DNA of 64,000 nt from Dicyema japonicum (taxonomy: Eukaryota > Animalia > Dicyemida). The notes beneath the pieces are model-generated. The model was given only the letters and a program-made list of their open reading frames with translations. It ran no database searches and was not told the DNA's origin. Both the position numbers and the translations under genes were made by a program. Positions 24,341 through 36,849 of this stretch are shown piece by piece (within the stretch, counting starts at the first letter, position 1; each line of letters starts with the position of its first letter). The stretch spans positions 212,694 through 276,693 of the forward strand of contig RDEW01000050.1 in the NCBI GenBank assembly GCA_011109175.1. Reading direction: 5' to 3'.

Positions 24341-24699
24341 CACATAGGAAAGCATTTCGTCTCCAAATCCGTCACAAATGATACCCTGGGGATTCTATGA
24401 TCTAAGTCTCTATCCTTTCAATCAGATCACGATAGCAAAAAGGAAAAGGAATAGGCGACAATAGGGATGGCTGAATGAACGTACTTTGTTCCAAATCGTA
24501 AAGGGAATGCTCTCAATCAAGAACATTAATTACTACTTGATAACAATAATAATGGCCTTTTCACGAGAGTCATAATATTTATAGCTCCGCATAGGAAGGA
24601 CACACACTTTATTTAAGTAAAGAACAGTTAATTTTAACTAATCGTAGAACCAAGGAATGATCTTCACTTCTTTTTTTCTTTTTCTTGTGTGAGTGTCCT

Positions 24700-25133
24700 T
24701 TCTAGACAATCCAGTTCCGCAGTGAGTATCTACTGATGACGGCGTCACTCGTCAAACCCTTTCTGCATCGTAGATGCGTGGAACCTTCCACCAGGTAAAC
24801 AGCAGCGAGATTCAAACCCGTAACCTAAGTCATTTTAGCCCGACACCTAACCACTTATTTATTTATTAACTCCGAATACACCGAGAAAGAAGTTAAAGTA
24901 AACAACTAATTAAGTGTATCCAGTTTCCACTTCTACAGAAACAGAGTCCATCCGGAATCAGCATAAAAGGTAAAACGTCCATTACATACAGTTGTGAAAA
25001 CCTCTCCAGTGGAGTGGGGGAGAGCAAATGATCCTTTTTTGTGCCGGCCTGGCACTGGGCGTCACCTAGACAGGTGGATCACATGACGCCACTCTAATAG
25101 GAAGAGAAAGGACACCTAACCACTATGCCACTT
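24700..25133 (-). mobile_element. tRNA-derived SINE-like element, interrupted in its A-box region
   Basis: Rejoined head GTGGCATAGTGGTTAGGTGTCGGGC...GGTTACGGGTTTGAATCTCGC has A- and B-box-like motifs; the 3' extent is uncertain. Confidence 0.55.
24856..25110 (-). mobile_element. Short non-autonomous element with the Vingi-like 3' tail
   Basis: 14-bp TSD GACACCTAACCACT (24842-24855, 25111-25124); tail ACTTAATTAGTT...AATAAATAAATAA; homolog at 36492-36822. Confidence 0.85.
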
Positions 25134-25377
25134 GATAAAAATGTGAAAGTTTAATAAATCATTTATTTAATATGGATAAATATCGGATCAAATTTAATTA
25201 TTTTATTACATATAATTATGCAATAGAGCTTTAAAATATAGTTTCATTAATTTCCTTTATTATGCTTATATAAAGTTTTTATTTTCGAAAAAATGTAAAC
25301 TTAAATTAAAATAAATACTAAAATTAAATTAATAAACAAACAATAAAATATTTAAATTAAATCATAGCACATCGTTT

Positions 25378-26089
25378 ATGGTTTCTGTTTGTTGTTTATT
25401 TTCTAGTCGGAAGATTACGCTTTACACAGTCTCAACTCAGAATGGAGTTTTTGGTTGATCGATGAGGACCGCCGCCTAACCTACAAAGACAGAATGAATC
25501 ATTTGTGTGACTTCAAGTCTGTAGAGGAATACTGGGAGTTAAGTCCATTATAACTCATCTAGTGCCTTCTCCAGCATGAAATCGGTCTCAGATATGAATG
25601 TAGGAAGTGATATTTGCATGTTCAAGGTTATATTAAGTTGTTTACTCTCAGAAGGGAATTCCTCCTATGTGGGAGCACCCAGCCAATTCCCAGGGAGGAT
25701 TTTGGAGCATAATAATAAGCAAGGAACTGGATAACGGGAAGAGTCACCGGCTATGGGAATTATTGGTAGTCCAAGAGGTTATTTGAAGACGATTGAGCTG
25801 GTCAGGGATGCTTTCGAGGAAATGACTGAATACATCAACGGAATCACCATGAATGTGCGGCGACATGCTAACAAGATGACTTTGTGGACGAACTCTCACA
25901 AATCAGTAGAGATTGTTCGTGCTATTGGGTGGAATTGGTTTTTATTTTGCAGAATCGCTATCAAAGAGGCATTGGGGATCCCTGAAGACATTAAGATTTC
26001 CTTTGAAGTATAGTTTTGATTGATTTTAGCCAAATGAGGACGCTCTGAAGAGGACGACGTCTGCTCGACTTTGCAAAATTGTTGTTTAG
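25378..26089 (+). CDS. eIF4E: Eukaryotic translation initiation factor 4E family protein, 7 exons
   Basis: HSLNSEWSFW, SVEEYW, MFKKGIPPMWEHPANSQGGFW, KMTLWT. Six introns of 26, 25, 25, 23, 24 and 22 nt; first exon is ATG only; stop TAG. Confidence 0.95.
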
Positions 26090-26711
26090 TTTTAGGATTA
26101 ACTTATTTTGATTACTTAATTTGTTTATTGTTGGCTTTGGGGATTTAATAATTTCTTTTGAGACTTAATCAGGACTATGGAATATTGAAAAGACTAGATT
26201 TTGTTAAAAGAAGGGAGACTTGATGGATTTAGATCGAGAATCTATTTGAATATTCGTGTATTGATTATTCCTTATTTTGAATCACGAGTTTTTGACAAGT
26301 TCGTTTCCTATTCTCTCATTTTCTAACATTATTTTTGTTAATAAAGAATTTATTTAAGAAAGAAAATAGAGTAACGGTTATATAGAAGCTGACTGCGTGG
26401 GCTATTCCCTCAATGTAATAAATATGCTACAATTATTCTGTGAAGGTATTTATGTTAGTTATTTGACTGTAGGTTATTATAGATGAAGATAATGTGGTGA
26501 GTAGTCTCTGTCATGAGTTTATTAATTGATTATTACAAATATTGTACTTTAAGTGTCATTAATTAGTGTAATTTTATAATTTTGTTTAATAGTGCATGGC
26601 TTAATTTGAAAATGAACGACAAACAAATTACTAAAGGATATAAATTCGTTTCAATACAAATAATCTTATCCAAGTTCTACTTACTTCCGGTTTTAAATGC
26701 TTGTAAACCTT

Positions 26712-27175
26712 ATTATTATTTATTTAATAACCCCGAAAAGGGAACACCAAGAAAGAAGGAGTAATCCAACTAATTAAGTCGTCGTGTTCAATCAACTCCT
26801 AAAGCCGACGATTGAGTACGCTTGTGCCTCATGGGCCTATGGAGTTTCGATATCAAATTCACTCAAGATCAATTCCCTATTTGGCAAACTAGCACGTCTA
26901 ACGAATCTACCCCCGATCTTTCCCCCTAATGGTTGACCACGCCGCAATCAAAAATAATGGCTCCGGCTTCATCTGTCTGTGTGGCCAAGAAACAAGCCGT
27001 TTCTTCCATTCAAGGCTGAAGGCTTCAAATACACGAAATTTGAGGAAAAAACCCACCCCTCTTCAAACCCTAATGAAAGATGATCGTCGTTTATTCAGGA
27101 AAGCCGTGGGTACTCTGGAGGAACACAGGAAAAACCTCTCGATTTTGTTGAGGCGTACCGGGATCACTTAATTAG
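26712..27175 (-). mobile_element. Vingi-like LINE derivative with an inverted ORF segment, copy 1
   Basis: Reverse-oriented 3' tail (26712-26779) abuts a forward ORF end (LLKPTIEYACASW...RTGIT*); 11-bp TSD TTGTAAACCTT (26701-26711, 27176-27186). Confidence 0.9.
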
Positions 27176-27479
27176 TTGTAAACCTTGGTGGACCTCAAAC
27201 ACTTTGTGTTTACATCTTTCTTTAGTAAACACTTTATCTTAGATTTATAATTATTTTTAATAAATCAATAATTTTAAATATTAACTTAAGTGTATCATTT
27301 TATTATAGATTTTCATATAAATTTTACTGAATTGACTCGTATTAAAATTTATGTGACGTAATTTTTAATTAAATTAAAAATAAGCACTTTTTCTAGTAAT
27401 TAATTAAACTATTAATTTAACCCACAAATAACACCAAAAATTTAATTATAAGAATTATTTAGTGTGACGTTCTGTGGTT

Positions 27480-28750
27480 CACCAACTCTGTAAGTTCCTC
27501 TATTCGGATTAGAATAACTTATTCCCGGTCTATCTGCTCTGTTATTTTGGACAAGCTTTTCATCTGTGGGGACATTAATGCGAAACACCCACTCTTTGAC
27601 TATCAACCCTTCGACAAAAGAGGGAGACTAGTATTTCACAGACGGACTCATTGAAGACCATGAATGACCATCAAAGACACAAGAACATTCTCCATGGTTA
27701 CCGGCTCCTGAGTGCACTAAGTCTTGGTCGGTCATTTATGATTCAAGAAGCAACCAAATTTTGCTAAAGTTCAAAGAGACCTTCATTCGAGGATCTCCTT
27801 GTCACAACTATAAACATCCCAACAGGAGACTCTATTAATTACTGACGACATCTATCTAGGTTGCTTCTCCCTCGACAAAGTGGTTGTCTATATCAACTGG
27901 ACTATCTTGGGGGTAAGAGCAATTGCAGTACAGAAACATTAACTAACCTCGTCAGTGGGCACGGAAAGATTCTTTGTTTAAACTAAGAAATCGTCTTAAA
28001 AGGATATCGACCCACGAAACAAATAAAATTCAGGATTCGAAACTCTGAACCAAGAAATAAAAGACAAACAACTAAAACACAGAGGGCTAAATGGACCCTA
28101 ATTTTTTCAGTTTTGGAGCTACTGCGAAAATTTTTGTAGGTCATTAGACACGTTTAAGTCCTCAGAACAGACGCATGACGAAGATTACAACTTAGATAAT
28201 TTAAACAAGTTGGTAGAATTCTGTGATAAAATCGCCCCACAAAGACCATAAAGGGCATTCTTCCCCTCATTTTGTCTGAAGAAAACCGAATACGAGACCA
28301 GAATCAAAATATTTTACCGAAAATGAGGTAGTAGTACTATACAGGTTATAACAACTTTCTCACTCGGCCTGATAGGATTCCTATTATTTTACTGAAAATC
28401 TGAGATAAACTGGTTTTTTCATTGGATAAACTAGTTTTTTTTCAAATTAAGAACATTTCAGCACGTAATTAGAGCAGAACGCCCAACCCATTTAACCACA
28501 ATGACAGATTTTACCCTCATTGGATGTCAAACAAACTCAGATACCAGAAGACATCTTTCAACTAATGAATGATGACATTGTCCTGGCTAAAGTGATCAAG
28601 ATATTCAGGTTGCAGCAACACCTGGACTATCTTAGCTGTTGATTAGAAAACTAACCGCCTATCAATTAGCCATGAGAAATCAGTAACTAAGTTATTCACT
28701 TCTGAAACTAATTAGAGGGACAGTAAAGCTAAAGGGGGATAATACCAAAT
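27480..28750 (+). mobile_element. Highly degenerate Vingi/Jockey-like LINE
   Basis: FICGDINAKHP (APE) plus scattered RT-like remnants with many stops. Confidence 0.5.
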
Positions 28751-29229
28751 TCCATTTTATCACCTTCGGCATGCATATTTTTTAATTTTAATTTTTCGAG
28801 TTTTTGAATAAAATACTAACGTGTCATTCCAAGTTTAATCTGGAAGGTCAATTAAATAGTTACGACATCATTTTTATTACTATTTCACAGGTGCTCTGTA
28901 AAAATATCTGATTTTCTCATTCCATCTACAGACTCTATTTTTTATTTATTAACCCAAGAACACCAATAGTTAATATAATTACTAAATTATTAAGTGATCT
29001 CGACAGCCTCAATCAGATTTCTCATTCTCTCTAATTGGCCGACCCTTAAATTGGCCAATTTATGGCTAAAAGTTAACGTCAGGGGTTCAAAAAAGCAAAT
29101 TTTCCTAAGAAATTGTCCACACATTATAAAAAACATAAAATTTACTTTTACTAATCCTTTTCAATTATTTTATTTAAAAATCAAATTTTCAAACTAAAAA
29201 TTTTACCATGTGTTCGAAAGCTTCTAGTT

Positions 29230-29550
29230 GAGTAGTTAATTACTGATCGAGTGGCTGTTACCTCTGACTACTGCCAGGGATATCCTTTGGAAAAGCCACT
29301 CGGTTTCCCGACGCTCCCTCGAGGCTTTGGTCAATAGACACCCAAGTGCTCTAAGGAAAGAGACCGTCTTGGGGCCAAAGACTCCGCTCGTCTTGACGAC
29401 CACTGGCTGTACATGGAAACGGTTTAGGAGGCTGCTGTATTTCTTTATTTTTGAGTTTTCATATAAACGGGCGGCCTCTCCCGCTTTCATTGCCGACCTC
29501 AAAAGTTTCGACTGGGAAAAGCTGTCAGTACAGGCTTAATTGTTTCTAAA
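29230..29550 (-). mobile_element. CRE-like 3' fragment
   Basis: PVVVKTSGVFGP..FLRALG..WLFQRISLAVVRGN. Confidence 0.8.
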
Positions 29551-30004
29551 AACTCGAAATTTTGAGATATAAAGACGAGAATGTTCATTTAATAATATTC
29601 TTTCATTTCCTAGAGTCCATATTAAAAACATCTAGAAATTATATTCTTTCAACAAAGACATACAAATCGTTAAAATTTCCTGAACATGATGTTGATGTAT
29701 TTATGAGGAATAGACAAAGCTTATAGATTAAAATTTGTATTTTAATAACGATTTTATGCGGAACAAAAAAGTATCTGACATTAAAAAATATGGGAAATTA
29801 ATTTAAATATTATTTATCGTATGAAATGTAGGTTAAATATGACACCTGTCAGATTACAATGACAGGTGGTGGCAACCAGTCCAGCATGTCACATATTTTT
29901 CTATCCATGTACCTATTTAAAATAAATCTCCTTCCTTGATGTCTATTCCTATTTTCTGTTTAAAGTTGTTTCTGTAGAGATTTTTATTATTGATAAAATT
30001 ATTT

Positions 30005-30260
30005 ATTTTATTAACCCCGAAATCACGAGAAAGAGGATAAAAGTTATCGTCTAATTAAGTGATCCCGGTGTTCATAACAGTCCTTTTCCTGCGGTTAGTT
30101 TTGGAGTCCTGGATTAATCTCTACAGCAGGGAAGGAATCTTCTCATATATCGAGCAGGCGTCCATGTATAGTTTGATGTGCGGCCCGAAGTGATGGTCAG
30201 GGGACTTCATCTTGAGGAAGTCCGGTGACGTTCCGTATGGTACTCCATGATTGAGAGGAC
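30005..30260 (-). mobile_element. Vingi-like LINE 3' fragment
   Basis: Family tail and GGGATCACTTAATTAG stop motif; related to 56313-56560. Confidence 0.7.
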
Positions 30261-30270
30261 GTTTAGTGGG

Positions 30271-33200
30271 TTTTTAACCCCAAGATCACCAGATTAGAAA
30301 AAGTTAACTATTAACTATATGATCCCGGTTTTCCGGGTTCTGGCTTTCGTTCGGGGTGCTCGAAGATCCAACAGAATTTGGTAGAAACGGGGACGGTCTC
30401 ATTCTCCATAGATTCCCCGCATTTTCTAGATAGTCAGATATAGAGAGTGAAAGCGGACAGCCGGTTTTCATTGCCCACTGTAGAAATGACTTCCTCTCCA
30501 CCTTAGATGTTCTTTAACATTCAATACGTTATTCAGTTCTTATTAATTATTTTCAAGGCAGCAAGTTGTGCGGCTTCTAATTTTTGAGACGACGATTCAG
30601 AATTCATCGAGCTCCAGGAATAACATGCGTATTCGATTACTGGCAGTATGTTTTGTCTGTAAATTTTCTGTAGTAAGAAGGTGTTGCGTCTATTATCGGG
30701 ACAAAATTTTCAATATGTTGGTCCTCCTCCTGACCTTGATAATTACGTCATTGACGTGTTGGCCAAATGTCAGGAGAGTATCCAACTTTAATCCTAGTAT
30801 TGTTGGAGACTTATTCATAGGAATTTCATATCCAAATAATTTGATTTTGGGAGAGTATATAATGATCTTCTATATGTAGAGAAAATTGTTATAAATGACT
30901 TTCCTGTAGAAATTTCCAGTCGATTTGATGTAAGCCGATCTTCCAACATACCAATATAACTTTGAAGTTTCATCCCTGTCTTCTCATAGTTAGAGCCTCT
31001 CGTCGCAAGAACAATGTCATCTGCGTATGAGAGTATCAATGTATCAGGATCATCATTAGTGGGAAGGTCATTGTGTACAAGTTGAAGAGCAGGGGAGAGA
31101 GAAGTGAACCTTCGGCAATAAACGGGATTTAGATTTTTTTGTCCGACATCACTTGTCCTCTTCTTCCATTTAGAAAATTCGATAGCCATCTTTTAATGTC
31201 TGGATTTATAAGAGTGTCAGAAATTTTCTCTATAAGTAGCGTCCGGGACACGGAGTCGAATGCTTTCTTCAAGTCTATTGAAGCCATTGTGGTCCTTTTA
31301 TGTGGTTTTGGATAGGAGAATCCATCAGATGTATATTGAGTTAATTTTGTTAAGTGAGTCGTAGTAGAATGATTTTCACGAATCCATGCTGGAATACTCG
31401 ATTTGGTACAATATTTTGATTAGTGTTAAAATAATTTTTCCATAATTCGGGACAACGCACATAATATTGCAATTGGAGATAAGAAGAGGGATCGTTTAGT
31501 GTTCTCCGTAGTAACAAAGTGGACGTTTTTTTCGACAATCTCAATAGTATTCTGAGACATCGGTTTTGTACAACTTCCAACTTGCTCTGTGCCGATATTG
31601 ATAAGGGGGCAATCCATGCAGCACAGGCGTACTCGATATTTGGTAGAGCAAATTGTTTGTATAGAAGCTCTAACGATGGGCGAGAAGATATTGGAGAGTG
31701 AGTGAATGCCTTGAAAATTCCAATTTTCTTTTGGATCTTCGCGGTTACTAGGTCCACTTGATGGGTAAATGTGAGTAGGGGATCAGGATGACTCCAAGGA
31801 TTGAAAGGGTCTTCTTAATAGGAAGCGGGAGTCATGTAATTTATTCGTGTTGTTGCCCGTATTTCTTTTCGTGCTGAGGTAAACGTCATTACATGTGACT
31901 TTCCTGATGATATATTCAGACGGTTCTTCAGGAAGACCCATCAGGTTTATTAATCTTGACGACCTTGCGCCTCCACGATTCTTTGATGATCATCCGCATG
32001 CGATAAAAGAATTGTGTTTTGGTGGTTGGGGATGGGAGGTCACAAAGGAACATGTTGAAGAACTTTGGTGATAACAGTGATCCTTGTGGAACTTCATTTG
32101 GAAGGTATCGCGGTTTTGATTTTTGGTTGTTTGTCACAATTTCCCCATTCGACCGGTTGATATAGTTTGCCAACCATGACTTGAATTTAAGGTAGATCGA
32201 CGTCGTAAAACTTTTCGCTGTAAGGATCTTCCGGGATAAAAGTCTTCTCTACATCCACTGAGACCAGCACAGTTCTCTTGTGTGGATTTGGGGTATTCAG
32301 GCCGTCCGAAATGAATTGAACCAGTTTTGTAGATGAGTTGTTGTTCAGTGTCCTTCGCGTAATCCGTGTAGAAAGATGGTAGAGTGATGAAAGGACAGAT
32401 CTTGAGAAGGATCAGTTTTTCTAACATTTGTGATAAGGCGCAGATGATGGATTCCGAGCGGTAGGAGGACGGGAAGTTTGGTGGTTTGTTTTTCTTCAGG
32501 ATAGGGTTTATCAGGGATTTCTTCCATATTGACGGAATCTTGTTCTCGTTTATTGAGAGGTTGAAAATTTGTGTTATTGGGGCCGTCGCGGAATGACCCA
32601 GGCGTTTCAGTTCGAGAATGGAGATGTCATCTGAACCGCGGCACTACGAGTTATTCATTTTCCTGATTACTGATTGCACCATTGAAGGGTCGAAGAAAGT
32701 CATGTTGGGAGATTTATTCCTTCGACCATTGCCAGAACGAACATCCAGGTCTTTTGAATACGGTTTATGATAATATATAGGACGACCCATCGGAATGTAT
32801 CTTTTGCGAGCTCAGAGTATAATCTTGTTGAGGTATTTGACAGCAGCGTCGATAGATCCGAAGATCTCTATCCGGAAGGCCTAAAGGTGTAGTTCGATAA
32901 AATGTGTGAAGGCGAGCCATATTGCCTTTGAAAAATTCACATTGGTTCTCGGAGTGTTCATTAACTTATGTTTTTGTGGGATCCTCATAAAGATCGGGTT
33001 ATGGTCGGTAAGTATATAACATCCCATTAAATGACAGCCGCAAGAGAAGGAGCGGCAAAAGAAATATCGGGGTCCTTGTGTGTTTGCTTGGATTATTGAG
33101 AATGATAAAGTCGTCCAAACTGTGAGATATAAGGGCTCCCCGTTGATCCAGTTGTTGGTCAGCATGCCATTGAGAACTCTTCGAATTTAGTCACCGACAA

Positions 33201-33600
33201 TTAGCGTGTTTTCCAACCTGGTGAATCGATGAGTTCGGGGCTGTAGGCCGCTGGGGCATGACGGTGGAGGGGGTATTTACATATTGACAACTGTCAATCG
33301 GAGAGAAGGTAGGCATATTCTCAGCGTTAGATGTTCCAATGTGTTATCTTGGCGGGAGGGGTCCGAGATACTTCTAGCCATTATGTGCTTTCTGATTAGA
33401 GTAATAAGCCTCCTCCCTTTCTATTACCTCTGTCTCGTCTGAAAACGGAGTATCCAGGAAAGTTGGGGGTTGGTCGCTGTGGGTTAAGTTTCGTCTATTG
33501 GAAAAGAGCTATATCCATTGAGTGTTTTATGAGAAATCGTTGTACTTGGGCAATTTTTGTTATACATAGCTTCCTTATATTCAAAAGTTGCCAATCCGAT
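30271..33600 (-). mobile_element. Cluster of degenerate Ingi/Vingi-like LINE segments
   Basis: LSYADD (twice), VPQGSLLSPK, YKQFALPNIEYACAAW, SIDLKKAFDSV, SGSDDIS, TDHNPI and APE remnants to ~33600. Confidence 0.8.
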
Positions 33601-33963
33601 ATATCTTTAGAGAATAAAAAAGGGGAACAGACCTAAATCTATTTTAATAAGATGAAGACATTAAGTGAACTATGGTACACCAGAACTAGGACACCTAATA
33701 GCCTTTATACCAATTGAGTTTATTCGTAGAAATAAAAAAACATAGGTTACCTGAAAAAAGGTGGGCGGTTATAGTAACAATGGATCACCACATAGTTAGT
33801 TACTCTTGTCTTCAGTCATGATGTTCGCAAGAAAAATTAATTTTTCACTAAATATACAACTAAACGTGGCAATGCCAAAAAATTTAGAAAAAGCAAAGCA
33901 ATAAAATTTATTTAAAAAATAAAATATTTATTTGAAAGAATAAAATACTTAATTTAATAATTA

Positions 33964-34960
33964 ATGTTTTATCCTGATGGTGATGATTTTTGGGACTCAA
34001 CAATTACATTCAACGACGTAGTCACTAAACAGAAAAGCAAGGAGGACGACATCTCCCTGACAAACAACTTCGACCAGATCTCCACAGGCAAGACAAATAA
34101 CTGGGATATGGTCTACCAAAATGTTGATATTCTAAAATCCGAGGAAAGGGTAGTCACATTTTACAGGGATTTCAAGTAAACTGAAAGTTGTCATTTTAAG
34201 GAAGTTCTCAACCTGCATAGGAACTCTGGATTCTCTGATTGGGAGGTACTTTGGGGACGAGATTATCTCCCTTTTGGCTTATCTGCACAAAAACTTTGAT
34301 TCCAAGATTTTGAATGACAAGATTTTTCATCGTCCACCCGCCGTCTCCCATTTTATTCGCTATCTGAAGAAGTGCTGTCCTTCAGCGTCCGTCCATGAGC
34401 AGGTCAACGACCTTGTCCCCTTGAGTGATCTACATGTAAGCACTTTCTTGAAATGACAGAGTTTTAGGATCTCCCACATTTTCAGCATTTCTGACCTCTC
34501 GAAGAGGTCACAGGCTCTTAGAGACTTCATCGACGACTCACAAGTTGATGGATACAAGAGGAATCTACTCACAGTTGGCAATAATATTAATCAAGGAGGC
34601 CTACAATCTCTTTACATTGGAAAACAATTCAAAACAGAGTCAGCAGGAGACAGTGGGGGAAAAGTACCGGAGGATAATGAAAGTTGGTCTCGTTTCTAAG
34701 GAGACGGAGAACATTTCGTTGGAAGAGCTCCATAAGGTTGGGGCTGTTGGTTATTATAGATGTTCAACATGAGCCCGAAGGAAATATTGTGGAATGAATT
34801 GAGAGTGTATTGTGAAAGTGAAAAGTGGAGTAAGATAGTGCCGGTGTTGTATGACCACAGAGGGAGACGAAAACATAATGATGAGTTCCATAGAAGGGTT
34901 TGTGGATTTGTTATGAGGTTCAATCCTCCTGAATTATTTATTGAGAGAAATTTATTATGA
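33964..34960 (+). CDS. VIPAS39: VIPAS39/SPE-39 (VPS16B)-like protein, compact, multi-exon
   Basis: N-terminal DDFWDSTITFND; spliced GDEIISLLAYLHKNFDSKILNDKIFHRPPAVSHFIRYLK resembles the SPE-39/Vps16-C helical region; 24-25 nt introns traced. The 3' exon structure is only partly resolved. Confidence 0.6.
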
Positions 34961-35257
34961 CTTTATAATAAATCGGTTTTAATAGGAAACAGGGGATCCT
35001 TATTTCTGTAATTAATATTTTTGCGCGTGTCCTCCCCCAATGTTTCCCTCTACCATAAAAGTCACTGGATAGTTGTTGGCAGGTTGGTCTGTGTTTAAAG
35101 ATGTTGGAGATATCTTGAATTTACTTATAAAATGATTCCACCAATATACAACATTCGAAACTTATTTCCCAACTTTCAATCAATTTACGACTGAATTGAG
35201 CCGCGACTTTCTCAATTCCCTGTTGTATCAGTTAGGTACGTTCCCAACGTGGCTCTA

Positions 35258-36020
35258 ATAATAATAACTATTTATTAACAAAAGAGTTAGGGAGTTTTCT
35301 GGAGGGTATTACATCTGAGTCCTGCCATAAGGCTTGGACTCCACACCTGGACCCTTCCTCCCTTTTAAAATTTTTCAGGATGTTTCTCTAAGCTTTATAT
35401 ACGTGTCCTGGGTCTTTGATCTCCTCCTGAAACCACTGATCCGATTCTCTACAATCCCGCTAATCGATTCTAACAGCTTGTTTTCGTCTTCGCTTAGACA
35501 GTCTTTCAGTTTCTTGTTTAAGGAGAGCTTAATTGCAGCTCTTCTAGTTTTCTCTAGAAAGGATAATATCTTCTCCCTCTTCGGAGAGAAAAACCACACA
35601 TAAAGTAGACTAGGGAGAATAACTCTCTTGAAGATGAACAGGTAGGTTCACAGCTAACGTGTAACTTCCGTGAACATAAGAAAGACTGAAAAGCTCTCTT
35701 TCTCCTCTCCTTTATGTCGTCCATGTAATCTCCTGCGTGTCCATAGTCGACTCCCAGGTAGCGCAGGCTGTGTGGACTGTTTACTCCAGTGTGTATTCTT
35801 GATTCAGGTGCTTTTTCACACTGCTTATTCGGAGTGCGGATGATTTTTTCAGTAGAATTAACCCTCTCATGTTGCACCATTGCTCAATCTGGTCCACATA
35901 CTCCCGGATTCTTTCTTCATTTAGAAATGTGCCCATCACAATTACGTCATCCGCATAAATAAAAAGACAATTATTAATATTCCTCGGACGTGGAAAACTC
36001 GCAATGAATATAGTAAACAA
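35258..36020 (-). mobile_element. 5'-truncated LINE (separate family)
   Basis: 12-bp TSD AACGTGGCTCTA (35246-35257, 36021-36032), LFIYADDVIV, LRYLGV, (TAT)n tail. Same C-terminus type as the LINE piece in 18396-18830; same tail at ~22915-22975. Confidence 0.85.
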
Positions 36021-36491
36021 AACGTGGCTCTAGTATGACATTTCCCTTTTTTGGAAGAAGTGTGGATTCTATTGATATATCTTTCGTATTTGCGTCACTC
36101 AAGTCAAACGGCTACTTTGGTTAAATTAATATTTGATGTAGCTTTGTGTACTATGACACCGCTCTAGTAAAATTAATATCTCACCAATATCGTCACCATT
36201 CTGCGACTGAGTAGACAAGGACACAATAAACATCGGATGCATCTTGGTTAGATTCTCGCAAATTGGACTCAAGGGGATGTGTCTGTCCGGAGGAGGAACA
36301 AGGGGATTATTAGCTATTCCCGAATATTTCTTAACAATTTAAGATGACGGATAATTACAACCAGTAATTAAATGTATTTGGCAAGAACTACGACATTCAG
36401 TAAACATTGCGTGTAAACCAACAACAATGTCTCTGCCAAAAGCTAACTGTTAAACTAACAGTCAATTAAGACGGAAATGGTACCACAAAAA

Positions 36492-36822
36492 TTTATGTAT
36501 TATTTTTTTATTTATTAACCTCGGATACACCAAGAAAGAAGTTAAAGTAAACAACTAATTAAGTGTATCCAGTTTCCACTTCCACAAAACAGAGTCCATC
36601 CGGAATCAACATAAAGAGTAAAAGACGTCCATACTTGCAGTTGTGGAAACCCCTCCAGTAGAGTGGGGGAGAGCAAATGATCTTTTTCATGCACTGGGCG
36701 CCACCTAGACAGGTGGATCACATGACTCCACTCTAATAGGAAGAGAGAGGAGGAACAGACGAACAAACAGAAACTTCAACCAATTAACCACGAAGCACAC
36801 ATGGCACCACGCGGCTAGCAAC
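36492..36822 (-). mobile_element. Short non-autonomous element with the Vingi-like 3' tail, longer copy
   Basis: Homolog of 24856-25110; probable 10-bp TSD ACCACAAAAA (36482-36491, 36823-36832). Confidence 0.75.
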
Positions 36823-36849
36823 ACCACAAAAACATAAACATGACTAATT

